IMG/VR virus record: IMGVR_UViG_3300012925_000002
Source: a virus
Reading direction: 5' to 3' (one strand)
DNA length: 56,016 nt
Shown in pieces: positions 26,092-33,536 of this stretch. Position numbers and translations under genes: made by a program. The notes below the pieces were generated by a model, which was given only the letters and a program-made list of their open reading frames with translations, made no database searches and was not told where the DNA came from. Position 1 is the stretch's first letter. Each line of letters begins with the position of its first letter.

Positions 26092-26142
26092 ATATTCCTC
26101 TTCTGTTTATGCTTACGTGTGATCGGCGTAGTCTTCGTTGTT

Positions 26143-26430
26143 TCATCGCAAGGTTGCAGCTCCCGCAGGATTAGCCCCGCGCTCGGCACACATCGCGGCC
26201 GGCGAGCCGCAGCTGGACACCGGAAACGTGCCGTAGATGCGCCTGGCGCCGATTGCCGGCGTATGGTCGACGAAAGTGCCGGACTTCGCCTTCTCGCGGC
26301 CACGCTTGACGGCGCGACCCATCGCCAGAACGAAGGCCTCGTTACTGGCGATCGCGGCGTCATGGGTGCTGGCTTCCAACAGGGTGATGTGCTCGTCGAA
26401 GTTGATGCGGGTGAATTTGCTGATCGTCAT
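26143..26430 (-). CDS. Hypothetical protein
   Basis: 95-aa ORF in the early-left operon. Confidence 0.5.
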   Translation of the reverse strand: MTISKFTRINFDEHITLLEASTHDAAIASNEAFVLAMGRAVKRGREKAKSGTFVDHTPAIGARRIYGTFPVSSCGSPAAMCAERGANPAGAATLR

Positions 26431-26460
26431 GGGGTTGAGGGCTTTCGGGTTTTAGGGGAA

Positions 26461-26513
26461 GATTTGGTTCAAGCGACCATCGGAGCAACCGGCCCTTGGT
26501 TTGCGATCACCTG
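26461..26513 (+). repeat. Junction repeat, 5' half, copy D (inverted relative to copy C; overlaps the DHH gene 3' end)
   Basis: ..GGTTCAAGCGACCATCGGAGCAA..TTGGTTTGCGATCACCTGG. Its complement encodes the last 16 codons and the stop of the DHH gene. Confidence 0.8.
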
Positions 26514-27395
26514 GTAGCCCGCCGCGTTGCGATGACCGCCGCCGCCGAATTTCTTGGCGATCTCGGAGACGTCAAGCCGATGATTCTCGGAGCGCAGCGA
26601 ATACTGGATCATGCCATCGCGGCGCCGGAACCAGCATGCGGTGAAGGGCGCGCCGGGAAAGCGCGATAGCAGCGCGTGAGCCATGTCGCTGGCGTAGTGA
26701 TAGGGGACGTTGACGACGGGAACCGAATGTCCGTCGATCGTGTCCATGTAGCAATCGGCCATGAACTTCCGGATGTTGGCATTGTGCGCACGGAGGATCA
26801 CGGCGCCGTCTGAGATCAAGTGCGACGTCGACTCCCGTTCGGCGAGCTTATCCCAGAGGTTGAATTCCTGCTCATAGGTGAGGAGGGCGGCAGAGAATTG
26901 CTTCGTCGCTTCGCCAAACTCGAATTTCCAGAGGTCGCGATCCTGAATTAATTCAAGGAACAGCGGAACGGTTTTTTCGGGACGGGCAAACTTCCACGCC
27001 ATCACGGCGCCGGATTGGGTCATGTCGAACCAAGCAACGATGGGCGGATCGTAGGCGTGGGCTGGATCGTATAGGTGGTTAACCAAAAACTCCGGCGTTG
27101 CCGACTGACCATTCCCGAGGTGAACGTCCCAAGGTGCGAGCTCGGCTTCGGCGGTTTTGTGGTGGTCGATCACAATGACGGATTTTGCGACCGCAGCCAG
27201 TACGCGCATCGGCTCGCGCTTAAACGAGAAATCGACGAACAAAACATTCTTGTCTCGCGCCTCCTCGCCGTCGATGGCTTCGCCGTAGATGCCGGGCACA
27301 AACCGGCAATCCGGCCAGCGCTTCCAGATCGCCCATGCTGCGCCGAAACCATCGTCACAGCCGCCGTGGTAGATGCAAATGTCTGGCTTCCACAT
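26469..27395 (-). CDS. DHH/DHHA1 family phosphoesterase
   Basis: Motifs ..YHGGCDDGFGAA.., ..VLFVDFS.., ..VIDHHKT.., ..QDRDLW.., and DHHA1 ..FGGGGHRNAAG... Confidence 0.8.
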   Translation of the reverse strand: MWKPDICIYHGGCDDGFGAAWAIWKRWPDCRFVPGIYGEAIDGEEARDKNVLFVDFSFKREPMRVLAAVAKSVIVIDHHKTAEAELAPWDVHLGNGQSATPEFLVNHLYDPAHAYDPPIVAWFDMTQSGAVMAWKFARPEKTVPLFLELIQDRDLWKFEFGEATKQFSAALLTYEQEFNLWDKLAERESTSHLISDGAVILRAHNANIRKFMADCYMDTIDGHSVPVVNVPYHYASDMAHALLSRFPGAPFTACWFRRRDGMIQYSLRSENHRLDVSEIAKKFGGGGHRNAAGYQVIANQGPVAPMVA

Positions 27396-27415
27396 ATCTC
27401 AAATTCCTCTCTGTT

Positions 27416-27470
27416 CAGGTGATCGCAAACCAGAACCAGTTTGCTCCGTATCCGATTGAATCAGGCCTTA
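27416..27470 (-). repeat. Junction repeat, 5' half, copy C (minus orientation, just upstream of the DHH gene)
   Basis: The minus strand reads AAGGCCTGATTCAATCGGATACGGAGCAAACTGGTTCTGGTTTGCGATCACCTG, then 23 nt, then the DHH ATG. Confidence 0.85.
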
Positions 27471-27682
27471 GAAGCTGCAACGCCAGTAACTCGACGCCGC
27501 TCGCATTGAAAATAGTCTTTGTACTCCCATGGCGCAGAGACTGTTGCCGCGCCCTCGGAAATAAGTTCGTCAACCCACTTGATTTCCTGCGGATTGGCCC
27601 ATTCCTCTTGAGTCAAGGTTTCCCCGCGAGTGAAGCCTTCGCGCATCTGCTCTTTTGTCATCAAGATTGGGCGTTCGTTCAT
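27461..27682 (-). CDS. Hypothetical protein
   Basis: 73 aa. Its stop codon lies inside the boundary of repeat copy C. Confidence 0.55.
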   Translation of the reverse strand: MNERPILMTKEQMREGFTRGETLTQEEWANPQEIKWVDELISEGAATVSAPWEYKDYFQCERRRVTGVAASKA

Positions 27683-27707
27683 TTCTCGCTCCCTGCTTTG
27701 ATGGGGG

Positions 27708-28184
27708 TCATATCCTGCTCCGTTCCGCTATCGCCACAAAAACAACCGCCCGCATCGCGACCAAATCGCCGCGCTGCGCATACAACTTCTCGCACGTGAT
27801 CAACGGATTGATCCCAAGATCCTGCCAGAACGCATGCTCGCCGCGCGAATGCTGCGACGTCGCAAACAGTCGATGATCTCCCGAACACAGCGGCAAAGCC
27901 CAGCGGTCCTCGGGCTTCTTGCCAAGCCCTGAGGCCTTCCCGAACGCCGCGCTCGCCATCCGGACGTGTGCCGCTTCACACGGCTCCATCCCGCAGCTAA
28001 GGCACGGGCACTGCCGCACCATCGCGAGATACGCGCCATCCCGCTCGCAACAGGTCTTGTGCACACGCGGCGCGGGGGCTGGGACGCGCTTGAGCATGCT
28101 GCCGACCGGGGCGAGCGGGAAGAGACGTTGGGGGCGGGGAAGGGTCACGACTTCGCCTCCGCGTCGAGATACCGAAGCTTCCAC
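27708..28184 (-). CDS. Cys/His-rich DUF968-like (HNH-related) protein; start uncertain
   Basis: ..QCPCLSCG..CEAAHVR..GLGKKPEDRWALPLCSGDH..HAFW... Start is GTG 28184 or ATG 28097. Confidence 0.5.
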   Translation of the reverse strand: MEASVSRRGGEVVTLPRPQRLFPLAPVGSMLKRVPAPAPRVHKTCCERDGAYLAMVRQCPCLSCGMEPCEAAHVRMASAAFGKASGLGKKPEDRWALPLCSGDHRLFATSQHSRGEHAFWQDLGINPLITCEKLYAQRGDLVAMRAVVFVAIAERSRI

Positions 28185-28354
28185 GTCGGATGGAACGGCA
28201 TGCTGTGTTTGGCGCTATCGAGCTTGACGCTCAAATGACTGCCGCTCGCGCCGCAGATCGTGCCGAGTTCGGGCTTGCCGTCACCCATGTATTCGACGCG
28301 GCCTCCGCGAGCGGCAGGCACGTTGTAGTTTTTTCTGATCCAATCGAGGCTCAC
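28145..28354 (-). CDS. Hypothetical protein
   Basis: 69 aa. GTGA overlap with the upstream gene. Confidence 0.5.
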   Translation of the reverse strand: MSLDWIRKNYNVPAARGGRVEYMGDGKPELGTICGASGSHLSVKLDSAKHSMPFHPTWKLRYLDAEAKS

Positions 28355-28590
28355 GACTTGCTCATCTCCCGCGCCACCACATCCTGCATCGCCACCTGGC
28401 GCGCGTCATCGACCATCAGGGCGACGTCAAAGGCATTGTAGCGTCCGCCCCACATCAAGACGCGGATCGCATCGTTTTCGTTGCCGACCGCGTCGTGCTT
28501 GATCAGATCGGCGGCCATGAGGCTCACGACATCCGATCGTCGCGTCGAAAGGTTGCCCTCGATCATGGTGAAGACGCGAGCGACCTTCAT
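28351..28590 (-). CDS. Hypothetical protein
   Basis: ATGA overlap with the upstream stop supports ATG 28590 over the longer ORF start at 28635. Confidence 0.5.
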   Translation of the reverse strand: MKVARVFTMIEGNLSTRRSDVVSLMAADLIKHDAVGNENDAIRVLMWGGRYNAFDVALMVDDARQVAMQDVVAREMSKS

Positions 28591-28787
28591 AGCCAAAACA
28601 CCTTCGAGCAATGCCGGCACACGATATCGCCGCAAGAGACGATCATGCTGTGGCCGGCCGGGTTGAGGCAGTCGCTCTCGATCCGGAACGGATCGGCGGG
28701 CGCGCAGGCGAAGATTGCCGCGATCTCCGCTGGATCGCCCCGATAGGTCGTGACGCGGACGCGATCGATGGTATCAAGTACGGGCAT
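28587..28787 (-). CDS. Hypothetical Cys-rich small protein
   Basis: Strong RBS GGAGGGG. High GC3. C-terminus ..VSCGDIVCRHCSKVFWL. Confidence 0.55.
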   Translation of the reverse strand: MPVLDTIDRVRVTTYRGDPAEIAAIFACAPADPFRIESDCLNPAGHSMIVSCGDIVCRHCSKVFWL

Positions 28788-29024
28788 GGTGCCCCTCCGG
28801 GTTGTTGAAAATTGAACATCGAAGGACAGACGAAGCCCGTGTCACACTTACTGGGGCCGGATCGACGGTGTGTGCTCGTGACCCGACACTTCGCAAGGAT
28901 TGCCTCATTGAAGTGCTCGTCTGTCCATCGATACTCAATTCGGGTGAAGAGGTCGGCGGCGACGGCCTCGCTAGAACCGTCGCCGCGCCTTTCCCTCGCC
29001 GTGTCCGCCAAGAAGGTAGCTGGT

Positions 29025-30677
29025 TTAACCGGCCGCGACCGCAAATTCCGGCTGGCCGTCGAGCACGGCGGCGGCCACAAGCTGCGGCTCGGTATCCATG
29101 TCGAGCAACCGCGAAGTGCAGCGCTTGGCGAGCTTGAGCGCCTTTGCCCAGGTCGGTGGCGAAGCCAGCGGTTTTGCCGGGATCATGATGGCCTGCTGCT
29201 TTTGCCCGAAGGAGACGAAATCCATGCAATCGTCGAACGCCTTGGTCAGATCAGCAAGCCAGCGGGATTCATCGAATGCGGGCTCAACCGGTGCGGCGAC
29301 CTTGGCGGCTTCCACCACGATACGCGAGGCCAAAAGCTCCGCAGAGGGCGTGATGTCCTTGAGGGGCGCGAAGTCGGGCAGGCTGTCGTTGAGGTCGTTG
29401 GACTGATTGTCCTTCGCTATCGCGGATGCGTATTTCGAGGGCTTGCCCTCCAGTGCCTGGTAGAGGCTGTCGTAGCCGGCGCGCAGGTCGCGTAGTGGCA
29501 TCACCTCCTCGATTTCGGCCCATGAGGCATTGAAAGCGGCCAGGAGAGACTTCACCTTGCCGGTTTTTTCCTGTGCGGTCTGGCCGGGGAAATGCAACAG
29601 CAGAAGGTCCTTGATCTCGTCCTGGACGACGCGCCGCTGCACCGGCTGCCAGTCGCGCTTGTCGATCGTGATCATGTGTTGGCTGTTGCGGCTAGTGTCG
29701 ACGCCCATCTGCCGGCCGCCCAGATTGAGCATCTGGATATGCGGCAGAAATTCATCGAAGCCCGGATCTTCGAACGACTGGCCATCAAGCAGCGCGGCGC
29801 GGTCCTTGAGGATGGTGGCGGTGCGCCAGACGCGCTTGATCTTGTTGCCCTCGATCTCCTGCTGGCGCTCCATCAAGACCAGCAGCGACGGCTCGTAGCC
29901 CATCTCGCCTTCGGCCTTCATCTTGACGCCGGTCTTTTCGAGGTTCTTCTTCTGGGTTTCGTCATCGACGGTGTAGTCATATTCGAAGCCGGCGCGGCCG
30001 CACAGCGCGATATGCGCCGACGAATTGACGTAGCGGTCGGTGAACTTCGCCCACTCGGATTTAAGCCAGCCCCAATCCTCGAACTGCAGGCGGGTGCGGT
30101 TCCTTTTCCTCATGTAGGATGTGGTGAGCTCCATCCAGAAATGTGTGATGGAATCGATGATCAGCGCGGAGCCGTTCGCCTCGGCATCATCGACAGCCGT
30201 CAGAAGATCGGCGAAGGAGCGCGTCTTGGCGGCTTCCAACTTGATGCCGGCAGTCTTGAAATGCGGGATCAACCAGTCACTACCCGTTTCGGTATCGAGA
30301 AACATCACGGGTTTGTTGGCGTAGCTGATGCCGTGTTCGCGCATGTACTGCACAAGGCCGATGACGACCTTGCTGGCGGTCTTGGTTTTGCCGGAGCCCT
30401 GAAAGCCCAACAGGCCGAGCTTCATGTAGGCAGACGTGACTTCGGCGGGCTTGAACAGCGATGACATGCGTGACGTTCCTTCTGATGCGACCTTGGCGGC
30501 GGTCGTTGGCCGGGAGGGATGAGTGGATTGAGAAAACGGATTGGCGAGGCCGCTGGCTCTGCGCTCGAAGGCCTCCATCCGCGCCACGCCGGACGCGACG
30601 TAGGCGGGATCCGGCTCGCGCATGCGGGCGGCGAATTGCTCGGCGAGGAGGTTGTGGTTGGTGCGGTCGTGCATCAC
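29025..30677 (-). CDS. AAA_24 / Sak4-like P-loop ATPase (recombination/replication accessory)
   Basis: Walker A ..LLGFQGSGKTKTA.. then ..PVMFLDTETGSDW.., typical of AAA_24 phage ATPases. Long extra N- and C-terminal regions. Confidence 0.7.
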   Translation of the reverse strand: MMHDRTNHNLLAEQFAARMREPDPAYVASGVARMEAFERRASGLANPFSQSTHPSRPTTAAKVASEGTSRMSSLFKPAEVTSAYMKLGLLGFQGSGKTKTASKVVIGLVQYMREHGISYANKPVMFLDTETGSDWLIPHFKTAGIKLEAAKTRSFADLLTAVDDAEANGSALIIDSITHFWMELTTSYMRKRNRTRLQFEDWGWLKSEWAKFTDRYVNSSAHIALCGRAGFEYDYTVDDETQKKNLEKTGVKMKAEGEMGYEPSLLVLMERQQEIEGNKIKRVWRTATILKDRAALLDGQSFEDPGFDEFLPHIQMLNLGGRQMGVDTSRNSQHMITIDKRDWQPVQRRVVQDEIKDLLLLHFPGQTAQEKTGKVKSLLAAFNASWAEIEEVMPLRDLRAGYDSLYQALEGKPSKYASAIAKDNQSNDLNDSLPDFAPLKDITPSAELLASRIVVEAAKVAAPVEPAFDESRWLADLTKAFDDCMDFVSFGQKQQAIMIPAKPLASPPTWAKALKLAKRCTSRLLDMDTEPQLVAAAVLDGQPEFAVAAG

Positions 30678-31105
30678 GGTTTCTCCGGCTGGTACGTGAT
30701 GATGTTCTCGGAGAGACGCTTCATCGTGTCCAAGAGCGGATTCATGTAATCAACGGTGATGCCAGCGGCTTTGCCGGTATCGATCAGCTTTCCAAGCTGC
30801 CCCATAAACTCTTGGATTCTAGCTTGCTCGGCGCTCGGCAGTGCGTCGATGAACGCCACGGCCTTATTGAACGCTTGAGGGAAATCGTTTCCCATGAAGT
30901 GCTCGTAATTCTTGTCCCAATCGTTGGCAGTCAGACTCTTCCGCCAGCTCATGGCGACCCAAACGTTGGCGTTAGCTTCGATCCGACAATCAACGGAAGG
31001 TGCGACCTTGCCCTTGGCGCTCAGCTTCGCCGGCAGCGGATTGATCGCGGCGTAGATGTCATCGATCGTTATCGTTTTGGTCGACTTGCTCTTGGCGGCC
31101 ATCAC
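30674..31105 (-). CDS. Hypothetical protein
   Basis: 143 aa. Overlap-coupled in the early-left operon. Confidence 0.55.
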   Translation of the reverse strand: MMAAKSKSTKTITIDDIYAAINPLPAKLSAKGKVAPSVDCRIEANANVWVAMSWRKSLTANDWDKNYEHFMGNDFPQAFNKAVAFIDALPSAEQARIQEFMGQLGKLIDTGKAAGITVDYMNPLLDTMKRLSENIITYQPEKP

Positions 31106-31467
31106 ATCGCCCTCCGCATCGAACGGCGATCTTCGCGCAGCGCCTCCGCGGCTTCCTCTACCGCGCCCGTTTCATTGCCATCGATCGCGCCGGTAAAGGA
31201 CCCCGCGAACAGGCCGAAATGGATTCCGACTGTCGAATTGTCGCGGACTTCGTGACCAACCGCGGCGAGCCATTCGTCGAAAATCAGGGCCGCATCGCGG
31301 ATATGTTGCGCTACGCCTTCGTGGTGGCCCGGCGAGGGGAATGACGGATAGGCTTTTGGGGCTTTCAGCTCGAGCAGGCGCTTGATCAGGGCCAGACGTG
31401 CAGCCTCGATCGGGTTGCTCTTGGCGGGGACGGCGGGAAGGGTGGTGGTGAGGGCGAGGTCCGACAT
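31102..31467 (-). CDS. Hypothetical protein
   Basis: TGATG coupling favours ATG 31467 (MSDLALTTT..). Confidence 0.55.
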   Translation of the reverse strand: MSDLALTTTLPAVPAKSNPIEAARLALIKRLLELKAPKAYPSFPSPGHHEGVAQHIRDAALIFDEWLAAVGHEVRDNSTVGIHFGLFAGSFTGAIDGNETGAVEEAAEALREDRRSMRRAM

Positions 31468-31685
31468 CACACGGCCTCCACGATGACGCGAGCGGCGGCC
31501 TTGCGGACCAGCTCAGTGCTGGCGTTCTTCTTGGGCGCCCAAGTGCCCTTGCGTCCGCTCACGAGTTTTACCTCGATGCCGTTCCAGACATGGGCGAGGT
31601 TGGCGTCACCGGTTTCGGTGACTTGATAGAAGCGGTTATCGGAGGTTTGGATGATCTTGGTGGTGAGGGCGAGGTCGGCGGACAT
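31467..31685 (-). CDS. Hypothetical protein, first gene of the early-left operon
   Basis: GGAG lies 7 nt before ATG 31685 (MSADLALTTK..). The longer ORF starts at 31697. Confidence 0.55.
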   Translation of the reverse strand: MSADLALTTKIIQTSDNRFYQVTETGDANLAHVWNGIEVKLVSGRKGTWAPKKNASTELVRKAAARVIVEAV

Positions 31686-31714
31686 CGGCGGCTCCATCGG
31701 GGTTTCGATGGGGC

Positions 31715-31744
31715 TAATCTGGTTCAGAACTTCTGAAACGTCAA
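31715..31744 (-). promoter_or_regulatory. Early-left promoter (PL-like) with operator in the spacer
   Basis: Minus strand: TTGACG, 18-nt spacer, AGATTA. The spacer holds the perfect palindrome TTCAGAAcTTCTGAA (31723-31737). Confidence 0.6.
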
Positions 31745-31752
31745 CAGATAAT

Positions 31753-31767
31753 TTCAGAACATATGAA
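31753..31767. promoter_or_regulatory. Second, imperfect operator copy
   Basis: TTCAGAAcATATGAA (12/14 to the palindrome), 30 nt from the first site. Confidence 0.45.
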
Positions 31768-31918
31768 AATAAATGGTGGCCGTAGTTCCATGGCCTCTGA
31801 AGAACGCAACTTTACATAGGTTAATCAGCGTGTCACGCTTCTGTCCGCTACCTGACACAAAACGGGCGCCATCGCGGAATGTTCCTGAAACGTTCCAAGA
31901 AAATATTGCGAGGGTTCG

Positions 31919-32107
31919 ATGGGAATGGGAATGATCTTAGGATGGCACAGGCGTGCCGCGGTTATCCTGGCTGGCCAGTTGCCGGAAGATCCCAATGAAG
32001 CGCTGTTGGTGCTCGAGGCCGCCAAGGAACTGGTCGAAAAGTTCCTGATGGGTCACGCCGAAAAGGCCGAGACCACGAGCAACATCATCCCGTTCCGGCC
32101 CGGCTAG
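31919..32107 (+). CDS. Hypothetical small protein between PL and the repressor gene
   Basis: 62 aa with good GC3. Convergent with the repressor gene. Confidence 0.45.
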   Translation: MGMGMILGWHRRAAVILAGQLPEDPNEALLVLEAAKELVEKFLMGHAEKAETTSNIIPFRPG

Positions 32108-32403
32108 CCGCTCTGCTTTTCGGCGATCTCGACTTCTTCAAGCCGGCGACGCAGGTCCACGGTGAGGCCGTCGGTAACGCCTCTCAAAATATAGTCGGTG
32201 GTGAGGCCCGGGACGCGATTCGCCATCTGAATGGCCGCATCTCGCGAAATAAGCACGCCGTTTTCGTAGTTGGAGAGCTGCGGCAGGGTCCATCCCATCC
32301 GTTTTGCCCACCTGGAAGAGTTCGTTTCGGCCTCTGCGAGCCGGATCTGGCGTAGCCGCTGGGCCATCGGACTGAATTTTCCACCGCTTTGTTTCGTATG
32401 CAT
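32104..32403 (-). CDS. CI-like repressor, HTH_XRE only (no S24 peptidase domain)
   Basis: ..RLRQIRLAEAETNSSRWAKRMGWTLPQLSNYENG... 99 aa. Divergent from the Cro-like gene. Confidence 0.7.
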   Translation of the reverse strand: MHTKQSGGKFSPMAQRLRQIRLAEAETNSSRWAKRMGWTLPQLSNYENGVLISRDAAIQMANRVPGLTTDYILRGVTDGLTVDLRRRLEEVEIAEKQSG

Positions 32404-32571
32404 CGTTAGGCTTCCATTGTCTCCGTTGGCATACTTACAGGCGCGACCGGCTGATTTAACGGGCAGAAAAGCGCTGTTTTTACCATATTAGCCGAAGGTC
32501 GCATTCGAGCGGCTCCCTTTCTTAAGGATCGTACATATGGGGGGAAATTCATATTTATTTCTCATGAAGGA

Positions 32572-32601
32572 TTGACCGTTCAGAGAATCTGAAAATATAA
32601 C
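32572..32601 (+). promoter_or_regulatory. Early-right promoter (PR-like) with operator in the spacer
   Basis: TTGACC, 18-nt spacer, TATAAC. The spacer holds TTCAGAGaATCTGAA (32579-32593). The ATG lies 6 nt after the -10, so the mRNA is probably leaderless. Confidence 0.6.
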
Positions 32602-32606
32602 GGGGC

Positions 32607-32834
32607 ATGGTCCAACTTGATTCAGTCGATGAAGTCGTGGAGGCGCTCGGGGGAACCAAGGCAGTCGCCACCTTGTTCGGGCGCACGGATCCTGCGGTTT
32701 CGAACTGGCGAAAGGACGCTCGGTTCCCAACCTATACGTTCGATGTCATCGAGGACGAACTCCAGAAAATCGGCAAATGCGCGCCGCGCTCGCTATGGGC
32801 CTGGGCCGTCAAGCATATCGAGGTCGCCTCATGA
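32607..32834 (+). CDS. Cro-like / YdaS-type HTH regulator
   Basis: ..VVEALGGTKAVATLFGRTDPAVSNWRKDARFP... Confidence 0.65.
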   Translation: MVQLDSVDEVVEALGGTKAVATLFGRTDPAVSNWRKDARFPTYTFDVIEDELQKIGKCAPRSLWAWAVKHIEVAS

Positions 32835-33337
32835 CCTCGTATATTTATTTCATTCAGGCGGCGAACGGCGGTCCGATCAAAATCGGCACCACGAGCTTCA
32901 ACCCGTTCCGCCGGATGGCGAAAATCCAAAGCGACTGTCCTTGGCCGGTAACATTGCTTGGCGCGATTGAGGGCACTCTTTCGCAGGAAAAACAAATCCA
33001 TCGGACCCTGCGTTATTTCCGAACGAGTGGCGAATGGTTTAGTGCCCATCCGAAGGTCCTTGCTGCTGTAGATGCAGCCCTTCAATTGGGTAAGCGCGCT
33101 GAGTTTCCGACCAAACGAAATGCTCCTCTCAGCGAGCGCAACCAGAACACGGTCAGTTCGCTTGTCGAGGCGCTCGGGGGCACCAATGCCGTCGCCAAGC
33201 TTACCGGCAACCGGCAATCTGTTGTCTCGAATTGGCGGAAGCGCGGAAGATTTCTGGCGCGGACGTTCGTAAGGCTCAGTTCCACGCTTCAACAGCATAA
33301 TTTGGTTGCTCCCAATTCCTTGTGGAGCATGCCATGA
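32831..33337 (+). CDS. T5orf172 domain fused to a second Cro-like HTH
   Basis: ATGA coupling. ..YIYFIQAANGGPIKIGTT..IQSD..EKQIHRTLRYFRTSGEWF.. then ..LVEALGGTNAVAKLTGNRQSVVSNWRKRGRF.., paralogous to the upstream gene. Confidence 0.65.
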   Translation: MTSYIYFIQAANGGPIKIGTTSFNPFRRMAKIQSDCPWPVTLLGAIEGTLSQEKQIHRTLRYFRTSGEWFSAHPKVLAAVDAALQLGKRAEFPTKRNAPLSERNQNTVSSLVEALGGTNAVAKLTGNRQSVVSNWRKRGRFLARTFVRLSSTLQQHNLVAPNSLWSMP

Positions 33338-33525
33338 GCGCCAATGGTAATTGCTCGTTCTGTGGCAAGTCTGCGGCCCAGGTGTTTCGGCTGATCACCT
33401 CCGACGGCTGCAAGATCTGCAGCGAGTGCGTCGGACGCATGGCCAACATGATCGCGGAAGAACTGCATCAAGTCGCAAAGGACCTGACGTTTCCGCCTCC
33501 GGGCCCCGGAGGGAATAAGCCGTGA
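33334..33525 (+). CDS. Stand-alone ClpX-type zinc-binding domain protein
   Basis: ..CSFCGKSAAQVFRLITSDGCKICSECVGRMANMIAEEL.. compared with E. coli ClpX ..[38 protein letters not shown]... Confidence 0.7.
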   Translation: MSANGNCSFCGKSAAQVFRLITSDGCKICSECVGRMANMIAEELHQVAKDLTFPPPGPGGNKP

Positions 33526-33536
33526 ACGATAGCGCC

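Noticed and set aside
32598-32625. CTTGATTCAGTCGATG at the Cro-like gene start resembles the 5' boundary of the junction repeat (CTTGATTCAATCGGAC).
   Set aside because: Similarity stops after ~13 nt and the GCGATCACCTG core is absent. This is probably chance.
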